Source: Botryllus schlosseri
Lineage: Eukaryota
Assembly: GCA_051294905.1 (NCBI GenBank)
Contig: CM119372.1
Span: 39,868,001 to 39,932,000 of the forward strand
Length of the DNA: 64,000 nt
Direction of reading: 5' to 3'
How positions within the stretch are numbered: the first letter of the stretch is position 1; every line of letters starts with the position of its first letter. Positions 25,090 through 36,990 of the stretch are shown here, in pieces. The notes beneath the pieces are model-generated. The model was not told the origin of the DNA. It saw nothing but the letters and a program-made list of their open reading frames with translations, and made no database searches. The position numbers and the translations under genes were made by a program.

Positions 25090-25849
25090 CACCACGCCCT
25101 AAAAAAACAAATTTTCAACATTTCTGGTCTGTACCAGTGTTTGCCGGGGGTAGATAATAATGTCGACAACTAAAAACAAAGACATCGAGGACCGTTTCAT
25201 GTCAATGGATGCTCAACCTTGAGCAGAACTTCCTAGATCCGACGGAAATATTATCCGGATTGTATCAAGATTCCGTTTTATCGAATAAGATTAGATCGAG
25301 TTCCCCATGACCGTGATTCATACATGCTTAATTCCTTTTCAAAGTTATGTTAGAACACAAAACAGAACTATAGAATTAGGTTATGTTTTATATCGCATGC
25401 CCACTGCGACATCAGGTAGTAGCTGTCGGTTAGTCTGCGATAAGGATACGGCAAGTCCGTGGTCAACGGATATCCGCTTACAGTTTATACTTAACTGGCA
25501 CTTCCGCAGTAGCTGCTGACACGAACGTCCTGTGTTCTGTTTAGTTCTTGACTGTAGTTCAATAGACACAAACAATGCCTTTTCCAGATATATTGTACGG
25601 GTTGATAGTAATTTGGATAGTTTAAGCAGTAAGTACAGCGTACATGAGTCTCGTATAAATCTGAGTCAATCTTTGATATGCACTGGGTTATAACTATGCG
25701 ATAAGTCACGTGATATAGCATTATACCATAACAGATATAGGAGAGAGAAGGGGCCAGAGCTCCACACCACCCAGTCCATCCCCGTTCTCTTTGCCCCATC
25801 AATCCAAACTGCCTTATGTTTCACGAGTTCACAGTGTTTTCTGATGAAT

Positions 25850-25993
25850 TATTTTCGTTCAACTAACTCGAAGAATACTCCTAATCGTTTATATAGCTCA
25901 GCGGTTTCGACACCTTCCTATTTCGTTGTATCTCAGTATTGTGTTGTATTGAAATGACGGATACTGTAGCAATAAATTGAATTGAATTGAATT
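25850..25993 (+). repeat. Probable LINE/SINE 3' end with (ATTGA)n tail
   Basis: ...gcaataaattgaattgaattgaatt, a tail typical of CR1/L2-class retroposons. Confidence 0.4.
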
Positions 25994-27364
25994 ATGATTG
26001 GGTAAAAGTGTCCACCTTTTATTGATTCCAAAATATGGTAACCTTGGACCCTGGTAATGGCGCCTGCATCACTGAAATAATAGTGTCGACATCTGACAAC
26101 CGAGCCATTTCGTGTCGTTTCTGCGAGGTGGGTGACTGTTGAATAATACGCCTTTACTGGATATAAAATACATGGTTACAAATCGAGTCAAACTATCATC
26201 TTTACTGAATGAACGAAAGACGGCTTTTAGAACTATTTGAATTTCAATTATACAGGCTGGAAATTACCTCTTCGTTATTGTGACTGTGGTCAGTGACTTT
26301 ATCACTCATGGTTATCCTCATGACAATTTGAGTAAAATATGTAATCTTAGTTTTTCTGACATTTTGAACGCCCGCATCTGGGTTTATCCGAAATATCCTG
26401 ATGGCATCCCAGTTCTCAGTTCCCAGTTCTCAGACAGTTCTCAAGTGCTGATATAGCCGATGTTGCTAACCAATACAAACCGTACTCGCCTCCTTGCGCG
26501 CTTTCCGCAAACTCGTGGTTGGCGAATGGAGATAATGGCGAATACGCCTCGGCTATATGCCGTGTGGACGATGATTTCTTTGAATGGGACTCATGGATAG
26601 GGGACAGAATCATTAAAAACGTGTATTTTTACGCGGATTTGTCTTCACCCAGTACTTAGTTAAAGCAGAGGTGGTGCGTAGAAAAACACGGTTTTTGTGC
26701 GCAAATTGCAACTTTTGTATATAGTATAACTGTGACCGGCGCTCGATGCAGTGACACCAAACTTGTAAAACCTACTGTTTTTTTGAGAATGCGCAATTTG
26801 AACTAGAACCAATGACGTTTAAAAATCCGCAACTAACAAATAACTGCTGCCAATAAAAAATTACTAATTTGCAGGGGAGCTGAGAAATATTGAAGATGCA
26901 ATCAGCATTTCAAAAGGACAGGGTTTCTGGTTTGTAATGGCAGGGGTTTCAACCCCAAAACCCACCCTACACCAGTTAGTTGTGATATACTAGTGACTAT
27001 GACTAGTTCTGCTTCTGAGCTAGCAATGGCTGCCGGAACAATTAACATCACACAATAGACACAACACGGTATATCATGATTCACGGCAACGCATGTTTCC
27101 TATAGTTTTTCGGCAACTGAGTTTTTGCACTGCGGAACTAGAACTGGAACTACTCAGAATACCCGTAGCTATATAGTTCACTGTCGACTATAGATTGGTA
27201 TATATAGTGGATACAAGTCTGATAATAAATGGTAAAGATCTCAGTTGCAACTCAGCTGCTTAGATATTATAGTTATACTTGAGATTCCATATCAACTGAT
27301 ACATTTGTTTCCAGATTTTTACCTATACTTTTGGTTTTAATTCCAAGCAGTCAGATCAAACAGA

Positions 27365-27452
27365 ATGTCTGACTCCGAGTCTGATTCAGAACAAACGATT
27401 GCTGAGGATGTCGTTGTCACAAAGTACAAAATGGCCGGCGATATGGCGAACA
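27365..27452 (+). CDS. PA2G4: PA2G4/Ebp1 coding exon 1 of 8
   Basis: MSDSESDSEQTIAEDVVVTKYKMAGDMAN; donor a|gtaagt. Confidence 0.96.
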
Positions 27453-28238
27453 GTAAGTTGAAAGCTTCGTTTGTGTGATATGCGGACTAGATTCAGTTAT
27501 TCAATTCTTGCGGCATCTATGCTGTAGTCTGCTGTAATGATATATGACGCCAAGATTTCCCAACCTTCAACTTTGTTAAACATGAAATTGTCACTCTGAG
27601 TGTATATATATAGTTTATTATGATGCAACAATCCTTCAATTACATCACACCTGTTCATATTCTTGTCCACTTCTACCTAAAAAACATGAAAAAGTTCGCA
27701 ATTGCGGTTAAAACTTGCAGTAGTTGTGTTTTGGCTTTGACTTGTATAGCCCGGGTGATTCTACGGGTCACTATGGATTAGGATGACTCCAGTCAAATTT
27801 TTCAAATTGCTTCACCTAACTCTATACACTCTATAAAACTGACTTGACTTGAGGTTTCAAAATTTAAAGTTTTTCTTGATTAGAAGCAGAATGTCCATTT
27901 CAAATCATTCAGGAATCGTTCTCGACTAAGTTGTTGTACTTTTATGTCCGTGTTCCGCGCACGCTTTTGTATGTTCGATCATAATAACTTATAACTGAAT
28001 CATAATTGGTTAGTCGATTCGGAAGAAATAGTGACTCAATCTATATTCTATCTTGCAAAATGAACTGACTTGAACTTTGAAAATTCGACTTGACTGGAGT
28101 CGCCTCCAAAAATTCAGTGACTTGATCTCAACACTGTCTCGTTTTGACTTGTCCAACTCGCACGCACATTTTAATCTTTGGTTATTATCTGTTGAAAGAG
28201 TTATTTTCAGCGTATGATGAAATCTCATTTTATTCCAG

Positions 28239-28367
28239 CTATTTTGAAAATATTGGTGAAGAAATGTGTTGACGGTGCCAACGTCATCGAACTCTGTATG
28301 GAGGGAGACAGACTTATAGAAGAACACACCACCAGAGTTTTCAAGAAAGAAAAAGAAATGCTCAAAG
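28239..28367 (+). CDS. PA2G4: PA2G4 coding exon 2
   Basis: Acceptor ttccag|; ILKILVKKCVDGANVIELCMEGDRLIEEHTTRVFKKEKEMLK; donor g|gtggta. An alternative in-frame donor lies 3 nt downstream. Confidence 0.93.
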
Positions 28368-29194
28368 GTGGTATGTCTAAGCTGTGTCTACACGCTTAAA
28401 GAACGAATTTGAATCAATTCCAGCCAGTAGAAGCGAAGTTATTCTCGAAATTTTAAATTGTTTAGAATTACAAACCCAGTGTTGCCTGGACATTAGCCTA
28501 TCAGCCTATTTGGACAGCTAGAACGTTTTCTGCTTTCCCAAATTACTTCTGAATCAGAAATATAGCTAGGCTGCACGGTCTTTATCCAAATCAGATTAGA
28601 CTGAAATCTGTAAAACTTGAAAATTTATACACCAAAAAGTCAGAGATTGGCAAATGTCTACTCCAAGTTTGGCTCATTTCGCACTATACAGTGCTGTAGC
28701 ATTTACAGGAAAACCAGAGATTTAGGCGCGTAGCCAGCCGATAAATAAGAATTGGGTTTTGAAATAAAAGGGAGGGGTTTTGATTTTTTTGACTGATTGA
28801 ATTGCAACCAATTATTAGCGTCAGAACAATCATTTCAAAAGGACGGGGTGTCACGATTAGGGATGGGCTTTCGCGCTTCAAAAGTAAGGGGTTTTGACCC
28901 CCCCGAAGCCCCCTCCTTGACTACGTGCCTGCAGAGATTAGATTAGAATTAGGGCATAGAAACATTTGACAAATTAGATTAACGGCATTCAGCTTTAATT
29001 AATCAGATAACAGAACTAGAATTATCTAGTTGTCCAAATCTGCATGTATGATCTACATTTACGCTTGTAGGCTACTTAAGAACTTAACCCTATGAATTAA
29101 TGCGTTTTTTTCTCGGCGTGGTAGGAGTATGATATGATTGGTGACATCTGTGTACAGTTCTAAATCTGATAAAATATCCGATCTTTTCGTGCAG

Positions 29195-29300
29195 GAATTG
29201 GTTTTCCAACTTCGATATCCGTCAACAACTGTGTATGTCATTTTTCACCTCTAAAAAGCGAAAAGCAAGTTATTTTGAAGGCCGGCGATGTCGTAAAGAT
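29195..29300 (+). CDS. PA2G4: PA2G4 coding exon 3
   Basis: Acceptor gcag|; [35 protein letters not shown]; donor |gtaagt. Confidence 0.96.
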
Positions 29301-30077
29301 GTAAGTAGACCTTTGCAAACAACTTGATTTTCAAAATGCGCAGCTAGAACTACTCACTTTTCAAAACTCGCAAACAGAACTACTCAAATTTCGAAACTCA
29401 AAACTAGAACTAGTAATTTTAAAAACTTGCAACTGGCACCAGTATTGGTGGCCTTCTACTCAATTTTCAAAATTTGCAACAAGGTGACTAGGACCACTCA
29501 CTTTTCAAACCTCTCAATCAGAACTAGCACTGCTCACTTCTCAAAACTCATAACTAGAACTAGAAACTAGAATTACTCAGTTTTCAAAACTTGCAACTGG
29601 AACCAGAATTGACGAACTAACTAAAACACAACTGTCTAGATATCATTCCGAAGAAGCTCAGTCATTTTTATTGTATCGGAATCCGTTTTCCACATGAATA
29701 CAAGAACAAGCTTAGATGTGAGGTGTTTCGACCCCCAAAACCCACCCCCTAGCTACACCACTGTTAGTAGTTATGGTAGCAATGGTTGCTAGAGCACCAC
29801 ACAGCAGAACACTAGTACCGTTCACACCAAACAACCACACGTGGTTGCTAGTTGTTCGGCAACTATGTTTTTGCAAATGCTCAACTTGGGGTTACCATGT
29901 ATGTCCTCTTTTTTGAAAGTGTCCTCTACAGATTCCCAAAATATGGTAAACCTACTCAAAAAAGCGATAAATGAGTTGACTGTCAACGAACTGCATGGTC
30001 GCTTTTACAAGTGTGGACATATGTTGAAATGTGATGTGGATCTGATCAACACCGGTACTGACCTGTCTTATTTTCAG

Positions 30078-30240
30078 CGATCTAGCAACTCATATCGACG
30101 GTTTCATCGGATCCGTGGCCCACACGCTCGTGGTGGGAGCTAGCAAAGACAATCCTGTTACTGGGAAAAAAGCCGACGTGATTATGGCCGCCTATTATTG
30201 CTCGGAAGCCGCTCTCAGACTTATCAAGCCTGGCAATAAG
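30078..30240 (+). CDS. PA2G4: PA2G4 coding exon 4
   Basis: Acceptor ttttcag|; [54 protein letters not shown]; donor |gtacga. Confidence 0.96.
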
Positions 30241-30768
30241 GTACGACTCGCAACTGGGCAAAACCTGCCAACAGTTTGTAGATGTTCAAGCTCGCTGTGT
30301 TGGGAAATACAGGCAATAAGCGAGACATGTATTATACAAATGGATTCGAATTATTGATAAGATTCTTCCGACACCAATTTAGCATGCGTCTGACATTTTG
30401 CATAGAGCTGCGTTGCGTACACCTGTTTTCTGCTTGTTATCTATGTCATAGATGTCCATAAAATGTATACGAATACTAAATATGTACTCTTTTTGATGTG
30501 TCAAGATTGGGTCACGAGATGCCACTCAAACTCAGATTTGGGTCGCGGTCTAAAAAGTTTGAGAACCACTGTTGTAGTATTTTTTGATTCAGAATTTAAT
30601 TCAATTACTATTTTTTTTGTAATTCACTAATTCTAGTCTAATGTAATTTCTAAATAACTGTAGCTATCATTCAAATCTTAGCTTGAAAGCTGAAAATTCT
30701 CTAGGCTTGCTAGAAAGCCATCGATTTTCTTTTGCCTGCACAAATAATCCGACGACTGCTATTTACAG

Positions 30769-30911
30769 AATAGTGACGTAACGAAAGCGTTTCAAACTGT
30801 CGCGGAATCGTTCAACTGCACGGCGGTCGAGGGCATGTTGTCGCATCAACTTCAACAAAATCGTATCGACGGAGCCAAAAGCATCATACAAAACCCGTCG
30901 GAACGACAAAG
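30769..30911 (+). CDS. PA2G4: PA2G4 coding exon 5
   Basis: Acceptor ttacag|; [47 protein letters not shown]; donor |gtagca. Confidence 0.95.
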
Positions 30912-31181
30912 GTAGCAAGAATTGTGCTCTCCAATAGAGAGATAGAAAAATGATGTCTTCATTGTCTCAACATCTTCAAACATGTACTTCAAAAATTTTG
31001 GTCGCAGCCATATTCTTAGAACGCCACCTTAAGGGTGCTGCAATTTATTGAAATTTCCACAGGACCTTCACGCCCCAGCTGCTGCAACTGTGCGTCATTC
31101 CTTAACCCGTAACATGGCACGATGTCTTCACCATCGCACTTGCTCGACACGATTAGGCAGTCACGCAGAGAACGAACTTAA

Positions 31182-32592
31182 CCCTACTCCCGCGGTCGGC
31201 CTCCAGGCCAAATTTTAATGCATCAACCAAAAAGTTCATAAAACGCCAACAACGGGACTTGAACCGACGCCCAATATATCGCCGTGATCAGGATATAGCA
31301 GCCTAGCCAACTGAGCTACTCGGAAGGCTCAGGCGAGAGAGGTGACGATGATATTCAAACCAGTCTACGCGATTTCTCAAAAGTGAAAGAGAAATTTGTT
31401 TTTCGTTTTCACGTGACGTGATACATAATCCTTCCCATGGTGAATGACCACGTGGTTGTCTTACATATCAATTTCGGCATTCAAACAAGACATTACTGAG
31501 CTTGAAATCTTTACGCAGTTGAGCGCACCGCGACTGGGAAGTTTTCGTTATAAGCGTTACTCACGGCCGCCGCTGATTACGTCATCGCGATAGAGGCAAC
31601 GCGCGTTGTAATTCGTGTTTATTTGGCTTTGCCTGATCCAGTTATATAAGTCCAAATCCATGTTACTGATCTTATAGATACTATTGATCGTACATAACTA
31701 ACAAAATGTTCAATTTGCAACTGCACAAGGCCATCGGAAGTAAATATATTAGCCTTGTTTGACACTTCTCATAGGCGCGCGATTTCTCTTGTTGCTTCAT
31801 TTCATATCAACTTGAAACGTGTTCTACACATCGAATGTCCGATACAGGTTCGTCAGTATATGGCCATATGATCAACATCTGTTCATTGAAGTCTACAGTA
31901 ACTTCGTATAACATATAAAACGGATGATTCAACTGTCTGTATGATTTTGTTATTACAGGCGCGAGTACCGTACACTCGCACCAACTTACACACCCATGTC
32001 TAGAGTGTTTAGCACTGGCGTCGTGTAACTTATATAAGACCAACCTTCGTGATACTGATCTTGTTGAAGTGTTATGGACTGCATCTAACTATGTGTGTGA
32101 CATTCAACTGTATAAGACAATCGTAAGTGAATGTATATGGCCTTATGCGGCAATGCTCATACGTGCGCCGCATTTTTCACGTAACAGAGTATTGCTTTAT
32201 TTCACACCAATTTGAAGCGTGTTCTATCCAACTAATTCCCGATATTATGGTTGCAATGAACTCTTGCGATCAACAACTACTCTAAAACGACAACTGTGTC
32301 TGCTTACGACGTGTAGAACGGAAGATATAAGGAATTATAAGATTAGCGTTCATTCAGGCGAACTGAGCTACACATTGTATTTTGCGAGAAACGTTTTTCT
32401 GTATTTTGAACAGGTTATGCCATAAGGCAATGGGTTATATATAGCTGGTCGTATGCGTATCGACAATCGCTATTTATAGACGATCATTGTAACCGTTTAT
32501 GACCCCTACAACGCCAGATGTTGTTCATTGATTGAAGCGTGTTTGTGAAAAACTGTGCATGGATCCTCTAGGATCCACCCGCGGCGAAAGGG
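31182..32592. mobile_element. piggyBac-like non-autonomous element
   Basis: TTAA|ccctactcccgcgg...ccgcggcgaaaggg|TTAA. Confidence 0.75.
31250..31328 (-). pseudogene. tRNA-derived sequence (SINE head)
   Basis: Minus strand carries A box tagctcagttgg and B box ggttcaagtcc, without a canonical anticodon arm. Confidence 0.55.
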
Positions 32593-33392
32593 TTAAGATA
32601 GTTGTTGACAAATTTCCTTCATAACATCGGCTGACAACTATCTAAAGTTTGTTCTCTGCGTGACTGCCTAATCGTGTCAAGCAAGTGCGACGGTGAAGAC
32701 ATCGTGCCATGTTACGGTTTAAGCGGCAGCTGGAGCGTGAAGGTCCTGTGGAAACTTCAATAAATTGCATCTCCATTACGGTGGCGTTCTGAAGAAAATG
32801 ACTGCGACCAAAATTTTTTTCATTTTGCCCTTCAATTTGAGACCACATCAATTTTAGCGCGCAGTTCCCCTTTGACTCTCAGTTTGTGGCAGGCGCTTAG
32901 CCAGCCGAAAAAGAGGTTTGAAATGGAAGGGTGTTTTTTGATTTTTTCAAATTAACCAATATAGCATCAATTCAATAGGGTTGAGTGAACACTGCATGCG
33001 TAAATGGCGATCATACAAGCTTTTCTAGTGTTGATGGAGTTGAGTCTCATCTTCTACGGTATCTTGAAACACGTCTTTAGTATCAGTGGGAATTAACGTT
33101 CCACGTTGAAGTGTGTTTGCAAGCTTCAATGTCATTTTGTTTCACAATGTCGCTCTAACCATTATGACATAACAATTGCTTAGCAGTATACCCGTAACGA
33201 ATAACGACATTGTCTCAAAACAATGGAGTGATAGGAGACAATCCCCCTGGCTACACGCCTGCTTTGCGGCACGAATCAATTCAGTACTCGTAAAAATCAC
33301 TCACTACTTTGCTCGGAACTGTTCATTAATACTCGATTCAGACTGAAGTACTCATTGTACCCATCCCTACTTAAAACTTGTGTTGTTCGTAG

Positions 33393-33553
33393 GCAGGAGC
33401 ACGAAGAGATTGAATTTGGTGTTCACGAAGTATACGCAGTGGACGTTCTGGTGAGTACCGGTGAGGGAAAACCTCGTGAGATGGACGCCAGGACCACCAT
33501 TTACAAACGCAACCCGGAGATTATGTACCAATTGAAAATGAAGACTTCCAGAG
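33393..33553 (+). CDS. PA2G4: PA2G4 coding exon 6
   Basis: Acceptor cgtag|; QEHEEIEFGVHEVYAVDVLVSTGEGKPREMDARTTIYKRNPEIMYQLKMKTSR; donor g|gtgaga. Confidence 0.95.
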
Positions 33554-33998
33554 GTGAGATCTCGTCAATTCTGCGCAAATGCTACATAGTAGGGGGGCGT
33601 AGAGCTGTTCAATAATATTAGTTTGCTAAAAACGCTGCATGTTGAATTTGACTCGATTCCAGCCGGTAGAAGCGAATCTATTGGATTGGAAAATTTGGGC
33701 GTTGATTATACGACTGACAGTTCTATAATTAATACTTGGATTTTTTCCTTCTGTCAATACTAATTTTTCAAATCCAAAATTTTCCAATTTTCTTCGTTTC
33801 AACAAAATTTGGAATGAAACCAAATGTGTTATGCATCGTTTTTCTAGACAACTTTACAATTTCACAGTGTAGCCAGCAAAATTTGAACAAAAAGTTATTT
33901 TTGATAGGCTCAATTTAGCTTCATCTAATACAGTGGATACCTTCACGAACCGGGTGAACCCCAAATTTTCAGTGAGTCCAAAAACAAGATCTCACCAC

Positions 33999-34393
33999 CA
34001 TAGGCGCCGAACGCTAATTTTCCTTAGGCATGCGAGTTCGATGACGTCACAAAGGAATGACGTCATGATCCGACGGAATTGATAATTAGGGATAATACAG
34101 CATCAATTCATGAGAGTTAAGTGCCTGCATAAATGCCGATTATGCAATATCTTCGTGTTAACAAACTTGCGCGTATGATAAGCTTGTCAACGAGTCCGGA
34201 AGTGCTGTCGTGCGCGCCAATGCAGATGCGATAGTGCAGGCAGCGATGGCACCGGGCCTACTGCTGATGTGATTTCATGCACAAGCAAGTGAAACTAGGC
34301 TTGTCGGAGACACGATAAAGCAGGCAAGCGTCCCAAACGATGATTGCCGAGCGCACGGCAATCAATGACACAATTTCGCGATCGGCGCCTATG
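33999..34393. mobile_element. hAT MITE (CATAGGCGCCGA family)
   Basis: TIR cataggcgccga...tcggcgcctatg; perfect TSD ctcaccac. Confidence 0.88.
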
Positions 34394-34981
34394 CTCACCA
34401 CAATACACATCTAATGAAATTCTGTCGTTCAGAGGGAACTGGACGTCATCAGTAATGAAATGTGAAAAAAAAAGCAGTAAAACGTGATTTTCGGACAAAG
34501 CCAAAAGCTGATGATGAATATTTACTGCAAATTACTGCCGAACCATCCACATTTTGAAGTGGTTTTCTGCCCTCTCAAAATTAGGTTTTTGAATCTTGTT
34601 TCTTTCAAATAGGCTATTTCACATGAAAACAATAGTCATTGAAGGGCCTTGAATTAGAATCGCTGAACTCGCAAAATCTTTGATCTTCAATTCTATTCCG
34701 AATTAGAAAGAAATACAATCAAATCAATTTCAGTTCCTATCGAATCCTACTTGAATCTCATAAGAACGAAAATGTAATATGTCCATACGCCGAGGTTGGC
34801 TCATTTCGCACTATACAGTACTGTGGCATTTTCAGGAAAAGCGGAAATTAGAATATAATTCGAATAAGAGAAGATGGTAACATTTGAAAAATCCTTATAA
34901 TTCTAGGACAGCTGTTTCGCTCCACCTAGATAACTTGAATTGTGTAGTTGCCCGGTCTGAGTGAAGTGGTTCTGTTTGCAG

Positions 34982-35256
34982 CCTTGTTCAGCGAAGTGGA
35001 AAAGCGCTTCGGCTCGATGTGCTTCACGTTGCGAGCGATCGAAGACGAGAAGAAAGGCAAGCTGGGCGTTGTGGAGTGCGTCAAGCACGAGCTCTTGTCC
35101 GCGTTTCCCGTACTCTGGGAGAAAGAGGGAGAGACGGTGGCGCAGTTCAAGTACACGCTCTTGCTCATGCCAAACTCGCCGATGAGGATCACGTCAGGGC
35201 CGTTCGAAGCGGAGATGTACAAGTCTGAGTTTAGCGTCAAGGACCCCGAGATTTCG
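34982..35256 (+). CDS. PA2G4: PA2G4 coding exon 7
   Basis: Acceptor ttgcag|; [18 protein letters not shown]...[40 protein letters not shown]; donor |gtgagc. Confidence 0.96.
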
Positions 35257-35505
35257 GTGAGCAATTGGAGCTGCGACTACCGACTCTTATAAGCTAGCAA
35301 ATAAAACTTATCAAAACTTGCAGTTAGAATTGGTCACTTTTCAAAGTTCCAAACTAGAACTAAAACTGTTCGCTTTTCGATACTTGTAATTACACCTACA
35401 CGCCTTTCAAAGCTAGCAGCTTAGATTTAGTACCACTAGCGTTTCAAAATTCACAACTACAACTGGCATTACTCACTTTTCAAAGCTAGCAATTAGCACT
35501 GGAAC

Positions 35506-35964
35506 CATAGGCGCCAAGTTACTGGGTGGCGCGAACGGACGTAATTGATTAGCGGCGCTAATACTAAAACATTAGAAGATGTGTGTTAAGGCCGTGTTAT
35601 CAAACGAAACAACCGTCCTGAATCGCATGAAATCGGTGCCATTGCAGATCAGATTACACAGCAGATTTCAATCGTATTAATTTGTGAAATTGTTCGTCGT
35701 CACCGAGGTTCCGTATTCAATTGTTGGTGGATAGCGAATAGATGATGTTGGAGCGGGATCGGGGAATCGCTAATTAACCGCTGGACTCGCTGACAAGCTT
35801 ACGCGTCAACACGTTGAAGCTTGATCTGTCCATGTATTAGGAGCATTTGCACGTGTACTTAACCGTACTAAATTGATGCCGACTTGGTAAATTTGAGATA
35901 ATTTCAAACATCTCCCTTTTTTTCATCTGGCCTCCCCATGTAAAAATAAAAGTCGGCGCCTATG
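35506..35964. mobile_element. hAT MITE (CATAGGCGCC family)
   Basis: TIR cataggcgcc...ggcgcctatg; flanks actggaac/actagaac (7/8). Confidence 0.8.
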
Positions 35965-36126
35965 ACTAGAACTAATCACTTTACAAAACTCGCAGCTTAA
36001 ACTAATCACATTTCCAAATCCGCAGCTAGAACTAGGCTTTTCAATGCTCACATCCAAGACTAGTCACTTTTGAAAATTCGCAAGTAGAACTGCTTGTACA
36101 AGCCATTTGTGGTACAGAACTTCAGA

Positions 36127-36259
36127 ATAACGTGAAACAATAACTTCATATTGTTGACATATTAACAATTTAATTTTTTTTAATTTCCTAATAATAACAA
36201 TTATTATTGTTAACATATTGTTCATATTGTTAACAATATGGAGTTACTGTTTCGCGTTA
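36127..36259. repeat. Small AT-rich hairpin element
   Basis: taacgtgaaacaataacttcatattgtt pairs with aacaatatggagttactgtttcgcgtta. Confidence 0.6.
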
Positions 36260-36885
36260 GAACTGCTTGTATTTTAAAATCCGCTACTAAACTTCTGAAA
36301 AACTGATATGTACCTGACCGTCAAGTAACTAGATTAGTAGTTTGTACAAGTCTCTTCCTGTAAAGCTTTACAAATCGATGCTGTGAAGTTTTTGAAATGA
36401 GTGTTGATCTCGATTCCATATTTCTTTTCGTATCTGCTGAACATACCGTGGTTAACGGTCGGGCTCTAGTCATGGCGTCATTTGTCTTCCCATGTTCCAT
36501 CCAATTCGAAAGACATACATTTTCAAAATTTTCAGCCCATGTTGAGCTTCGTCTGATGATGTGTTCTGGTTAAGTGTGAATTGCATTTAGCCAGAATTGG
36601 AGAACTAGAATAATTTCAGCTTTTTCAAATTTAATTAGAATTACAGAATTGTCAATAACTTTCGGATTGAAGTCAATTCCGAATTGGAAATAAAATAACG
36701 ACCAAGTTCATTTCATGTTAAATCAGAGTTGATAATCAGGAAAATGACAAATGTATGTAGCCTACATTGTACACCGAGCTTGGCTCATTTCATACCATAC
36801 AGTTCTGCCGCATTTTCAGAAATACCATGAATTAGATGAGAATGAAAATGGGAGCATGGAAACACTTTGCAAATGATTTTTCCAG

Positions 36886-36990
36886 GCTTTGCTGAACACT
36901 TCTACTAGCAAGCGCGCCGCTAAGAAGAAAAAGAAGAAGGCTGCTTCTAAAGCCGCTCAAGATACCGCGGAAGAGATCGCACAGGCCTGA
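36886..36990 (+). CDS. PA2G4: PA2G4 terminal coding exon 8
   Basis: Acceptor ttccag|; ALLNTSTSKRAAKKKKKKAASKAAQDTAEEIAQA*. The Lys-rich C-terminus is typical of Ebp1. The eight exons sum to 1170 nt in consistent phase. Confidence 0.94.
   Translation, partial: ALLNTSTSKRAAKKKKKKAASKAAQDTAEEIAQA

Larger units (their letters stand above)
30951..32850. mobile_element. Fold-back element in PA2G4 intron 5, interrupted by a piggyBac-like MITE
   Basis: Inverted arms of about 190-230 bp: about 30990-31180 vs about 32640-32820 (aaaattttggtcgcag...gcagagaac and its inverse). Confidence 0.7.

Noticed and set aside
26060..26130. Non-coding first exon of PA2G4 ending gag|gtgggt
   Set aside because: The donor is plausible but nothing else in the sequence supports it.
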